This document shows positions 35,084 to 47,271 of a stretch of 64,000 bases of DNA, one piece after another. This stretch comes from Octopus vulgaris (Eukaryota). Below the pieces are notes generated by a model. It searched no databases and was not told where the DNA came from. It was given only the letters and a program-made list of their open reading frames with translations. The stretch's first letter is position 1. Each line of letters opens with the position of its first letter. The DNA is taken from positions 143,902,001 through 143,966,000 of the forward strand of contig OX597816.1 in the NCBI GenBank assembly GCA_951406725.2. Reading direction: 5' to 3'. Made by a program: the position numbers and the translations under genes.

Positions 35084-35321
35084 AGTGCAACCAAAAGTAT
35101 CAGTGGGGAGGCGGGGCTCGTGGGGTCCGAGCTGAACCCGCACCCACTCCATCTGTAATGTCTTCCGGTCTATTCCATCATTCGATTTTGTGTGTATTCT
35201 TGTAATTTCATGATATTTTTAAATCCGATTTTGTGTAAAAACCATCCGTATGTCTGACCCCAAATCAGATTGTTTTGTCCCCTCTATGTTCGCCCCTTGT
35301 GGGTAGTAATAAAACAACCTG
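35084..35321 (+). repeat. LINE 3'UTR / right direct repeat
   Basis: Begins 12 nt after the ORF2 stop, ends AATAAAACAACCTG, no poly(A). Confidence 0.95.
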
Positions 35322-35613
35322 GAGGAAAGCACCTTCGAAAAGTGTCTTGGTGCGATTATGAAAGGTATCTAATCAGAGGCGGTAAATTCGCCACAATAGA
35401 AACAAGGTTCGAGTCAACGGAGCGTGCAAGGGAGTACTCGACTCGAACTTGCAAAGTGTAAATATTTTATTTTACTTTTATATCTGGGACGTAGGACGTC
35501 CCGGAAAAAAATTTAAAATGCCCCCCCCCCGAAGTAGAGGTAGGCTGGATTGTAGCCACACTTCTATACAAGAGGGAGGTCAAGATACAATTGATCGAAA
35601 TTACAAGAGACGG

Positions 35614-35802
35614 GCTAACAATTCCAGTCTGTTATATATTTTGAGTATTGTTATCACTAGCGATATCAAGATATAACTTTGTATTTTGTATTTTATGTGT
35701 AGATGTATATATATTGATGTACATGTAATATGTACACATATATATACACATATATACATGCACTAGCACTATGACCCGGCAACGACGGGTCTTTAATGCT
35801 AG
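35614..35802 (+). mobile_element. Helitron-like 3' end, inverted copy of 29068-29262
   Basis: Reverse complement of 29068-29262; hairpin plus CTAG|T. Confidence 0.75.
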
Positions 35803-35982
35803 TATATCTATATTAATAGTTATCGCCAAGCTAACATGGCAGTCCAGAAAAACAGGACGAATACTGCCGTTAATTAGCTCCAAGAGGCTATCGCTTCTAG
35901 CTAGCTATGTGACACATAAACCTGAGTCCATTATAACCTTCGAATAGGGGAGGTCAGCCGCTTCCCCTTGCCGGTCTGGCAT

Positions 35983-36023
35983 CCACAGACTAGTTTCATG
36001 GTATTTGTCCCTTATCAATGTAG
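35983..36023 (-). ncRNA. Degenerate type I hammerhead motif
   Basis: ctaca-TTGATAA-gggacaaataccat-GAAA-cta-GTC-tgtgg; palindromic ACTAGT helix III. Confidence 0.45.
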
Positions 36024-36387
36024 AGTAGCCGAATGAGGCAGGGCCATATATATATATATATATATATATATAACTGTCTATTAGTATGCCGATTAAAGCA
36101 CATTCACCATTTGGGTTACGATATAATTTCCACTAGATCTACGTTAGGAAATCCGTAGTGTTTGTTGAGTTTATAATTGATGAAGGAAATGGGAGATGGA
36201 TTTAGTATTTCGTTTCGACCCATCCTGCAGTTGTCCCATGGGGATACGATATTGTGCATTTTATGTTGCCTCAATCAGTGGAAGCTGTATCACTTCAGAT
36301 AACCTTCGATGACGTCATTGCCATAAGATGAGCTGAGATCTCTTCACGAAACTGCAAATAGCTTCTGGTATAGAATGCAATATAGTT

Positions 36388-36546
36388 CATTATTTACATT
36401 ATTTACATTTGACGGATATTTGTCAAAGTTCGAAATTTCCCCCAAGATACCTGATGAAGGCTCGAGGGTATATCAGCCGAAACGTAGTGTTAACAACAAC
36501 GAAGATCAGGATAAATATCCGTCAAATGTAAATAATGTAAATAATG
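36388..36546 (+). mobile_element. Short fold-back (~36-bp arms) with a hammerhead-like core in the loop
   Basis: Arms 36388-36424 / 36510-36546; CTGATGA-a-ggct...agcc-GAAA at 36451-36482. Confidence 0.6.
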
Positions 36547-37481
36547 TACATAATTCCTCATCTCTTAAATATAGAACTGTATTATTTAATATAGTTGTTA
36601 TCTGAGGGAGGAAAGTTGTGTCACCGTCCTGAGCCCTTTTTCTGGTGAAGTTCAATCATACACTCTAACGTTTCAATGCAATACCTCAAATGCAGGAAAT
36701 GAATTGTCTCCCAATTCCACCGTGAACCCCCTCCCCGAGAAACCCCCCCCCCCCCACACCAGGAGTAAAGACTCCCCGCTCCCAGATTAAGTACCACTGT
36801 TTTACATCATGCGCTAATACACAACTCTCTTGTTTATACTTTTTATCTGCTTGATTCTGACATAGGCAGACCGTCAATTAAATGCTTAGTTTGGACTATT
36901 CAGTTAAAGGAAAAGCAAGAAGTACTCATATATTGAAGAATATGCATAACATCGGGAATTCTAAACGGTTAGTGTTCGAAAAGATAGAAAGACTGAGCCC
37001 CTGTATTTCAAGTACTTTTCTCGTTGAAACTTCACATCTCTTGTGATGGAAGAAATCCAGTTATCAAAGGGTGTTTTGGTCGACATCTTAAAGACTCTCC
37101 TAATAGCATTTGTCTGTGACAGTTAATAAAATATAGATTGATGTAGACAAAAATAGTGAGTGAGTGAGAGAGAGAGAGAGAGAGAGAGAGAAACAGACAG
37201 AGACAGAGAGACAGACAGTGACAGAGAGAGAGTGGGGGGGGGAAGGGAGGGGGATAAAGAAAGTGAAGGATGAGATATTTCGAGCAAATTTATACAAATG
37301 TCATATCTCTGAGTATTTAGTGACAAATGAAACCTTGAAATAAGATTATTCATACTTTTTTCTGAAAGGAAATTATGCATACACACACAAACACACATTT
37401 AATGAACACACAGATGGCCATATATGCATATATACACAATTTCACACAAACACATCCACAAAAACAAGAACGCACTCACAC

Positions 37482-37547
<66 letters not shown>

Positions 37548-37717
37548 ACACACACACATACAGCAGTCAACTAAAAAACGTTCATATAGGCACGTTAAGA
37601 TAGACAAAGGTTTCAAAGTCACCTATATAAATGTATGTTACTTAGCCTTTTAGTATTGGACAGAAAAAGCACGTCACACACGCGCGCGCCCGCCCGAGCA
37701 TGTACACGCGCACACAC

Positions 37718-37776
<59 letters not shown>

Positions 37777-38042
37777 GTACGTGATATACCGATCACCGCC
37801 GTGAAAGACCCACGATCTCTTTGCAGTTCTAAGAAGCTTGAATCTTTATTAGCGCTTGTAAAATGTATTTACTCATCAAATTTTTTTGTGCAAAAGCTTG
37901 TGCAAAACAACTATCTCCTAAATATGTTGCCATTAAACTGGCAAAATGTAAAACTACGAAAGACGACCAGAGACTACAAACACCACAGATGCCAAGCAAG
38001 AGTATCTTTCTTCCATAAGCATTATATATACCTATGCAATTG

Positions 38043-38085
<43 letters not shown>

Positions 38086-38183
38086 ATATTGCATTCCTAA
38101 ATCTCTCAGAGAGAGTTATGCAGTAGATAATGAATGAGATAAAAAAACCAAGGCTGTGAAGATTTTAGAATATTTATAAATAG

Positions 38184-38231
38184 GTCTTACAGCTGTTTAC
38201 AGGATATTTATTATATCCCTTCATCAGAGAC
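38184..38231 (-). ncRNA. Type I hammerhead motif (GAAA box altered) in a PLE-like remnant
   Basis: gtct-CTGATGA-agggatat...atatcct-GTAAA-cagct-GTA-agac. Confidence 0.55.
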
Positions 38232-38550
38232 GGTGTGAGAAAATGGTTAAGTAATAGTTAATTTAGATAAGATACGAAATAGAGAGTGAAGTGGAGGAAT
38301 GAAAATAGATGTGAGATATGCAGGGATATTGCATTTGTAGATCCATTATTTCGGCGGAATGATATACATATAAGATTTCAATACCTTGTGAGTAAAATCC
38401 AAATATACATGCGTATATATATATAATATGAGAGGTTTTGATATCCAGAAGATCCAAAAGGCAGGTAAGGCTTTGTAAGCGCTTTTAGATTCCTGGGTTG
38501 GATAATAGAATGAGTGAGAAGTCTAACACGAGTCGTGTATGGACACGTAT

Positions 38551-39018
38551 ATGTTAAATAAAATGAGACAACAAAGCCAAGGCAGTGTGAAATTTCTAGG
38601 ACATTTTATAAAGGGAAAGGTAGTCTTGCAGCTGTTCCAGGGATACAAAAAATATCCCATCATCAGAGACGATATAAGAGAGTTAAATACAAGGAAGTAG
38701 TAGAGTTCAGTATAAGAAGTTATTTTGGAAAGGGGGAGATATAGGAAGTATAAAGGGAAATGTTAGAATAAAGATTAAAATATATGATGGATGTTAAACT
38801 TGCTTTTATTCTTATACTTCCCTTTATATTTCCTCCCTTTTCAAAATAGCTTCTCATATTGAACTTTACTATTCCATTGTATTTAACTCTCTAATGTTGT
38901 CTCTGATAATGGGACATCTTTTATATCCCTGAAACTGCTGTAAGTCTACCTTTTTCTTTATAGAATGTCCTAGAAATTTTACACTGCCTTGGCTTTGTTG
39001 TCTCATCTTATTTAACAT
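38551..39018. mobile_element. Palindromic element (~200-bp diverged arms) with a degenerate hammerhead on each strand
   Basis: Arms 38551-38752 / 38812-39018; cores at 38903-38942 (+) and ~38627-38666 (-). Confidence 0.75.
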
Positions 39019-39027
39019 GTGTGTATG

Positions 39028-39094
<67 letters not shown>

Positions 39095-39402
39095 ATATTA
39101 GGGTAGCAAAAAATTCAATAGAAATTATTTTGCCACCAGCGGTCTAGTGAGAAAGAGGAAATAGTCAGAGACTATTAATAAATTCAACAACAAATTGGCC
39201 TTTGGAAGATTGACTTGATTTAATTTAATCAGGCTGGTTTACCATTAAAAAACGCTGAAACAATGCATTGTCTAAAGATGAATAGGGTAAATGTTTTTTA
39301 ATTTTTCATCTGATTCCGGAATTACTACTATTTGTGGTTGGAGCCCTGGTTGCTTCTTCTAGTGGGTCGAACGGCCTATTATAGCCGTTCCTCAATTTGT
39401 TG

Positions 39403-39440
<38 letters not shown>

Positions 39441-40207
39441 CGGTGAAGATTTATTTTTGTAACGGTTGAATTTTAATTGTGACGGCATGTTGTAAGATGT
39501 GAAAGATGAACAATGCATGAAGTTTTAAGGAAATATTTATTTTTACCGTTACATTATACAATACTCGACGGGCAGGTGATAAAATCGTAAAGCATGCGAA
39601 GTAAACATAGATGTCGTAGATTTTTTCTTGTATATTTTGTGTACACATCTTAGCAGTAATCCACAGAAAGAGATAGAGTGATGTTGTAATAGTGATGTTG
39701 TGAGCTAGTGAGAGTGAGAGAGTGTAGGACAAAAAACTGCTTCGTTGGAGAGATACCATAGTTGTTCTAGCCGGTCAGCCAGACTCCGTTCTCACTAAAT
39801 GAGTTGTCACCAAAGAGACTGAATGATTTTTGCTTGAGGGTTCTTGCTTTTATAACTATCCAGAAGGATAGACATATCATTGGGAACAATAAATTTAGTT
39901 GACGGTCTTGTTATCTTAATTCTAGCTTTTGGTAGTCTAGGAGAAGTTAGAAAGGTCAAGTGGTAAGACATCATCTCGGCCTCGCTGAGGCAATCTGGCA
40001 AATGTAAAACTGCTATCAAAGAAAAACTATTGTTCCACCGTGAGAAAAGTTCTGTTGAACTGTTACTTGAAATTTGGCTATAGTGAATTGAATCCACTTC
40101 ATGCTTGCAAGATTCACTACATATATATATATACATATACATATACATACATATATATATATATATTCACTACAAGATTCACTACATATATATATATACA
40201 TATACAT

Positions 40208-40267
<60 letters not shown>

Positions 40268-40311
40268 GTGTGTGTGTAGTGAATATTGCAAGCATGAAAT
40301 GGATATATATA

Positions 40312-40350
<39 letters not shown>

Positions 40351-40354
<4 letters not shown>

Positions 40355-41035
40355 GTCTTGCCCGCATTTTCGTTCTGGTGTCCGCTGAATTTTCCTCTAG
40401 AGAACATTCTTTTCTTTGTAGTTTGATCGTAGGTGATCTACTTCTAGCATACGGCCGACCACATAGTGGCTTGCTCTCCAAATATACACATGTATTAGAA
40501 TTTTCTCTGATTTTTCAGATTTTTGTATGCTAGGCTACTGGTTTTAAATTGATGTTAATTAAATTAATATTCAATTTATCTCCCTCGTTATTTAAATGAT
40601 AAAATAAATATGTTCTCTAATAGGTGGCATTAACTGCAGTAAATTATTTGCTGCGGTTTTTGTTTCCGGATTTTAGCGCGCCAGAACTAAGACGTTTGAA
40701 ATTAAAACCAATGTAATCGGTGAAGCTAAGCACGTGTCTGTTTTTATACAGAATACTGATGGTTAGCTTCACAAATTGCATTACCTATGGAACGCCCACA
40801 CTGACGAGCCTACGGACAATGGATTACATAAGGGATTCATTCGTTAATAGGTGAAACCGCCGGTCTGTGAGTAATTCTGATTTTTTATTTAATTTTCATC
40901 TGTCTTGCCCGCATTTTCGTTCTGGTGTCCGCTGAATTTTCCTCTAGAGAACATTCTTTTCTTTGTAGTTTGATCGTAGGTGATCTACTTCTAGCATACG
41001 GCCGACCACATAGCGGTTAGCCCTTCAAATATACA
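40351..41035 (+). mobile_element. Non-coding element with ~135-bp terminal direct repeats and an internal hammerhead
   Basis: ATCTGTCTTGCCCGCATTTTCG...GACCACATAG at 40351-40486 and 40898-41035; bounded by TA/TACA repeats. Confidence 0.75.
40797..40869 (+). ncRNA. Type I hammerhead ribozyme motif
   Basis: caca-CTGACGA-gccta...taggt-GAAA-ccgccg-GTC-tgtg; intact core. Confidence 0.8.
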
Positions 41036-41046
41036 TACATACATAT

Positions 41047-41507
41047 CATATTGTCCATTAACCATATAATTTTTTCACAATACGCACGCTACTCGAAAAA
41101 AGGTCGACAGAAATTTCTAAAAAATTCCATTATTACCATATCGGACCGATTTCAGGGTTAGCTCATTACAGCCCTCCCTTCGTCAGTGATACATGTGGCA
41201 AAAGAAATACATGTTGGCCTCAGTTCAAATCGCACGTGTCTCGAATGGGCTGGAGTATTTCTATTTTGGATGTATTTGGGGTACTTAATTGTGCTCGTGA
41301 CTTAGTGTTTGCTTCTTCCATGGGTATGAGTAAGTATCTCATTTATTTCTTTTGCCACATGTATCACTGACGAAGGGAGGGCTATTATGAGCTAACCCTG
41401 AAATCGGTCCGATATGGTAATAATGGAATTTTTTAGAAATTTCTGTCGACCTTTTTTCGATTAGCGTGCGTATTGTGAAAAAAATAATATGGTTAATGGA
41501 CAATATG
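41047..41507. mobile_element. Palindromic element (~163-bp arms) with an intact hammerhead core on each strand
   Basis: Arms 41047-41209 / 41344-41507; tatca-CTGACGA-aggg...ccct-GAAA-tcg-GTC-cgata at 41362-41414 (+) and ~41139-41191 (-). Confidence 0.85.
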
Positions 41508-41675
41508 TCCAATTTTTCGGCATATTTGGCATTATAAATTTTTCGGAATAACTTATTCCGAAAAAACTTTTCCTATCCGAAATGCATAAATAAACGACCT
41601 GTACCGCCAAAGCCTAACAGCCAACTGCTCCACTCCAACGAAGCACATGGGGAAGTTTACATATAATTCAGAATC

Positions 41676-41741
41676 AGTCTTGCTGATGAGTACGGTCGCA
41701 AATCTCTGCGGTAAGTACGAAATCACAGGTGATACAAGACT
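41676..41741 (+). ncRNA. Type I hammerhead ribozyme motif
   Basis: agtcttg-CTGATGA-gtac...gtac-GAAA-tcac ag gtg-ATA-caagact; 7-bp helix I, 4-bp helix II, 5-bp helix III. Confidence 0.85.
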
Positions 41742-41991
41742 AAATTCATTTTTTTAAATGTCTTGCTTTGAAAAATTGCATTGGGTATGATTAGTAAAAT
41801 TTTTGGTAGAAATGACTAATGTCCCTCTTAGCGTGAGGCATGTATGTATAATAATGCCCTCTATATATAAATTAATATGTTCAATAAGAAAGAATTATTT
41901 TCGAAATTTTTCTCTTATGAGGTTTTTCACGCTATCTACCTGATAATTTCTTGTTAAGATTCCTTATTAAGAAGTTATCCTTAATTGTTAA

Positions 41992-42039
<48 letters not shown>

Positions 42040-42427
42040 GTATATATATATGTGTGCGTGTGTACATATATATATACGTACATTTGTATATACATACATT
42101 TGTGTGTATGCGTGTATGTATGTATGTATGTATGTGTGCCTGTATGCATGTATGTGTGTATGTATGTAGATATTCCTGCACTACAGAAGTGTTGCGTTCA
42201 TGAAAATTGTTATCGTAAATAGCCGCGCAAAGCCTTTTTTCACTGATTTTCATGATAGAGGAATCACTGAACACGGGAGGTAAGCTAAAATGCATTTTAC
42301 TTTACGACATCAATTTCAGAAACGTAGATAGGGTATGTTTGCGTATGTGTGTGTGTGTGTGTATGAGAGAGAGAGATAGTAATATATGTTTTGGTTGCTT
42401 TTCATTTCTTTTATAATCATTCCACTA

Positions 42428-42625
42428 AGGCGGTATACTGGCGGATTCGTTAGCACGTCGAACAAAATATTTAACGGCATGCCATCTAACTTTTACGTTC
42501 TGAGTTTAAATTCCACTGCGGTCGACTTTGCCTTACATCTTTTCCAGGTCGATAAAACAAGTACTAATCGAGCACGTCTCCCTATCCTCCAAAATTGCTG
42601 ATCCTGTGCTAAATACTGGAAAGAT
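42428..42625 (+). mobile_element. SINE family A-related, diverged
   Basis: Head plus GGTCGACTTTGCC core. Confidence 0.6.
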
Positions 42626-43795
42626 TTATCATTCAATTAGCTAATGAACTCATTAACTACTCTGTTGTTTGATCAATCGTTTGATGGATCAATTTGTACG
42701 TCATAGTTCTTTTCTCGTAGTCTATGCCCATACCGATGAAAGATGTGAGATATGGTTCAGGGTCGAAACACTCAATGGATGTAGGACTTCGTCGGGAAGT
42801 TCAGATTACATCTTCCTGACCTCTGGTGTTCTCTTTCTTAGTATTCGTTGCCTCATCTTCCTTTCTCGTCCCAAATGGCCGCTTTCATTCGTTGAAATCT
42901 ATGCGCGTCAGTTTTAAATGATCTTTTCAAATAAACAGCAGACTACATTCCTTTGTTAATATACGACAGTAAAAAATAGACTGCAGGATAAGTGATTGAG
43001 ACCAAGTACAAAATATCAATAACTTGATTTTAAAAGTGTTTAGAAGGATCGCAGTGAACGAGACATGTAGAAATGTAAAGTGTGGTATGAGGGAGGCGGG
43101 TGGATGAGAGTGGTTCGTGTAAGATGTAACGTTTAAAATGGATCATAAAAAGCAAACTATTAATTAGTGAACGAATTCCCAAGTTTGGTATTTTCTCTGA
43201 CCGAGATCTATTGATCTGACACCTATTTACTTTCATAGACATCGTTAGTTTTGTTTTAGCTATGGATATATTAAACAATGTCTTTTTTTTTTCTTCATAT
43301 TAATCGCTTGATCTCTTTTTCTCGCTACCTAAAATCCTGTCTCTGTCTGTCTGTCTCTGTCTGTCTGTCTGTCTGTCTGTCTGCCTGTCTCTCTCTCTCT
43401 CTCTCTCTCTCTCACTCACCACTTGTTATTTTTCAACATCTCTCATCCCCATACCCTTGTTCATTTTTCTCGTTCTCATCCTAGTTGTCTCTTCCCTACT
43501 CCACACTCTTTCTATCTCTGGTTCCAATGCAGTACTATCACTTGTTGCTATGACAACAATGACATATTAATGTGTGTGTGTGTGTGTATGTGCGTGTATG
43601 TAGCATTTTTACAACGTGACAGGAAACTAGCGAACAAAAAATTTGACATGTTTTAGCCTTCCACATACAAATACACACATCCATGAACACACACACACAC
43701 ACGCACACACACGTATATATGTGTATATGTGTTTATATATACGTGTGTGTGTGTATGTGTGTGTGTGTGTATATATATACAAACATGCATACATA

Positions 43796-43856
<61 letters not shown>

Positions 43857-43860
43857 GTAT

Positions 43861-44160
43861 AGGCGCAGGAGTGGCTGCGTGGTAAGAAGCTTGCTTCCCA
43901 ACCACATGGTTCCGGATTCAGTCCCACTGCGTGGCACCTTAGGCTAGTGTCTTCTATGTATGTATTTGTGTATCTGTGCTAGACAACATATGTTTGTGTG
44001 TTTACGTCCCCGTAACTTAGCTGTTCGATCAAAGATCCAATAGAATAAGTAGTACTAGGTTTACAAAAAATAAGGCCTGTGGTCGATTTGTTCGACTAAT
44101 GGCGGTGCTCCAGCGTGGCTGCAGTCAAATGCCTGAAACAAGTAAAAGAATAAAAGAAAG
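43861..44160 (+). mobile_element. tRNA-derived SINE, family C
   Basis: AGGCGCAGGAGTGGCTGCGTGGTAAGAAGCTTGC head; tail GCGGTGCTCCAGC...GAAACAAGTAAAAGA. Confidence 0.75.
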
Positions 44161-44276
44161 AATATATGCGTGTGTGTATACATACATACATACATACACA
44201 CACACACACGTATATATACAGCCCAAATGTATGTATGTATGTATGTATGTATATGTCTATGATTGTGTGTACACAA

Positions 44277-44332
<56 letters not shown>

Positions 44333-44653
44333 ACACAAACATATATATATATATATATATATTACGGAGATGTACTTGCATAGCAAGTCACTTGATCTGA
44401 GATCGCGTGCTGAAACAAAAGCTATTGTAACTTGGAAGGTGTTTATAAGCCATTTGAAAAGCTGACAAAAACCATTAGATTCACTTCAACAATTAAATTT
44501 AATTTGACTTAATTTGTGTTAAAATATATTCGTCGTTTCGAAACCGCGACCTGTTCACTGACAACATTTCGTGCTGCATCTCTAAATGGGTTATAAACAC
44601 CTTTCGTGCTGCATTTTAAATGGCTTATGAACACTTTTCATACTGCAATTGTC

Positions 44654-44715
<62 letters not shown>

Positions 44716-44771
44716 ATATATATTTGTTTTGCAAGTTTCCTGATGTGAAATCGTGCGTTGAAACAGATATT

Positions 44772-44948
44772 TTTGTATTTCGGGATGATCATTTTATTTA
44801 TCATTATTTTTTTTCTTCACTTGTTCATTTACTGTTCTTATTTTAAGAACAGTAATAAACCAATGAAGTAAAAAATATATAGAGCGTGTATTTATTTGTT
44901 AAAAAAAAAAGAATATATATAAATAAAATGACCATCCCGAAATACAAC
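44772..44948. repeat. Short inverted repeat pair (~28 bp)
   Basis: TTGTATTTCGGGATGATCATTTTATTT / AAATAAAATGACCATCCCGAAATACAA. Confidence 0.65.
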
Positions 44949-44950
44949 AT

Positions 44951-45034
<84 letters not shown>

Positions 45035-45546
45035 TAGCTGGTGTAACCGGTAATTCCCGGAGGTAAATATGTTCTATTGAAACGCCTTATTATTCTGATA
45101 TAAGAAAGCAATTTCGTTATAACTGCCACAAAAGATGCATTTTCCGTCACGAAAATCTACAAAAAAACTGTCCATGCATAGTCTTCTGCTCATATAGGAT
45201 TAGCCTTTCATCTGATGATATGTTGCGGTAGAGTCGTGCAACTTCTTTGCGCATGTATTTTAGGTTGTCAGGCAAAGAGTGTTGCTGAAGGAGCTGCCTT
45301 CCAAGTCATGATGTTATCAGCTTTATGTATGCAAACTTGGTCAAAGGATGCACTTTAACGCTTGGTGGTTAAAAGATGTTGCCGAAGGGATGTGATTGTC
45401 ATTCAAAGGCATTTTGATCAATGTTTACGTTTACGTTTACGTTTTAGGTAGAGGCGGTCTACATCACTGTTTATGTGGAAATTATGTTTGCTTGTTAGTA
45501 TTTTTCGGGTTTTCACATCAATAGCTCGGGTCTCATCAAGCAGCCC

Positions 45547-45577
<31 letters not shown>

Positions 45578-45657
45578 TGTATGTATGTATGTATGTATGT
45601 ATGTATGTATGTATGTATGTATGTATGTATGTATGTATGTATGTATGTATGTATGTA

Positions 45658-45711
<54 letters not shown>

Positions 45712-45715
<4 letters not shown>

Positions 45716-46981
45716 GTCGTCAAGTATGAAATTTGTTGAAAAGAAAAAAGTTTGCTAATGTTTTATAAATACAAGGAATAGTTTTATTCATCAAAGTATG
45801 CACCCATATTTTCAATACACTTTTGCCATTTCAGCAGAAGCTTGTCCACCCCGGGACTATAAAAGCTTGGCAATCTAGGGTCAATAGAATCTTGGAAGGC
45901 CTGTTTTACAACATCGTCGGAATTCATTTTTTTTCCTATTAAAAAGTTACCCAAACACTGGAAGAAGTGGTAGTCAGTGGGGGCAAGATCAGGTGAGTAT
46001 GGTGGATGATGGAGAACTTCCAACTCCAACTCCTGTAGTTTCGCCAATGTCATTTTTGCGATGTGTGCTCTGGTGTTGTCTTGCAATAAAACAGGAGTGG
46101 ATCTGTTGACTAATCTAAACTGTTTTTGTAAGTTTCTGCATCATTTGGTCCAGTTGGCTGCAGTATACTTCGGCTGTGATTGATGAGCCAGGTTTAATGA
46201 AATCATAATGGATCAGACCTGCACCAGACCACCAAACACTCACCATCAGCTTCTTTTGATGAATTTTGATGAATTTTGATGAACTTTGGATTGTGTTTTG
46301 GTGGCTTTTCTTTGTCCAATCATTGTGCTGAATATTTACAGTTGTATTGGATCCATTTCTCATTATATGTTACAATTCGATTCAAAAATGATTCATTTTT
46401 GTGACGGGAATGTAGCACAATGCAGGCTTCCAAACGTTGCAGTTTCTGATTTTCATTGAGTTCATGTGGAACCCACTTATCCAACTTTTTCACTTTACCG
46501 ATTTGAACTAGGTGAGTAAATACTGTTTGTTTGCTAACACCAAATAACAACAATAATTCACAGGCACTTTGAAATGGATCTGACTCGACGGTGGCTTTCA
46601 GTTCGTCATTATCCAGCTTTGTTTCTGATCGACCACGTTGCTCATTTATGAGGTCAAAGTTATCAGAACTAATTTTGCCAACCAATTTCATGCTGTCTGC
46701 TGTGTAATAACATTAGAAAGAAATACTCCATTAATATTCCGAGCTGTCAGTGATGCTGTATTTCCAAGAGAGACCTCATATTTCAAAATTGTACGAATTC
46801 CCTAAACAAAAATAGCAAAAAACGATTTATAAATACCGTATAAAGCGCATAATGAGTTAGAATAAAGAAATAGATGTGTCAGCTTTCTAACAAAAAATAA
46901 AGATTGTCAAAAAATAATAATGGCGCAAAATGTCAAAGTTGACTATATACCTTACTACAAATTTCATACTTGACGACCTAA
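45712..46981 (-). mobile_element. Full-length mariner transposon with disrupted transposase
   Basis: 25-bp TIR TTAGGTCGTCAAGTATGAAATTTGT at both ends, TA flanks, 1270 bp; WVPHEL, QDNTRAH and HPPYSPDLAPTDY motifs in separate frames. Confidence 0.93.
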
Positions 46982-47064
46982 TATATATATATATGTATCT
47001 ATAGAGTGTTTGAAGTGGTGTACAGATATAATACCTCTCGATATTAATACTGCCTCTGCCGCTA

Positions 47065-47109
<45 letters not shown>

Positions 47110-47205
47110 AAAAAGGAGGCAGTCAGAATTTTGGATAATTCTTTATTGGCGCCTTTTGTTCGTTTTTTGAACTAGTCCAGACAAAATTAAAATCAAAATC
47201 AAAAT

Positions 47206-47271
<66 letters not shown>

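Larger units (their letters stand above)
29901..35321 (+). mobile_element. Full-length L1/Tx1-like non-LTR retrotransposon with terminal direct repeats
   Basis: ORF1 with zinc knuckle plus intact APE-RT ORF2, bounded by 238-bp repeats. Confidence 0.92.

Noticed and set aside
39197-39277. GAAA-CAATGCATT-GTC with a palindromic helix III, preceded by TTTGGAAGA
   Set aside because: No recognisable CUGANGA box or helix II; possibly a decayed hammerhead but not supportable.
42727-42780. CCGATGA...GGTC-GAAA-CACTC-AATGG hammerhead-like string
   Set aside because: Core altered and helices II and III do not pair convincingly.
44525-44565. Minus-strand GTGAACAGG...GAAACGACG motif in a pLTR-like remnant
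   Set aside because: Too far from the hammerhead consensus.
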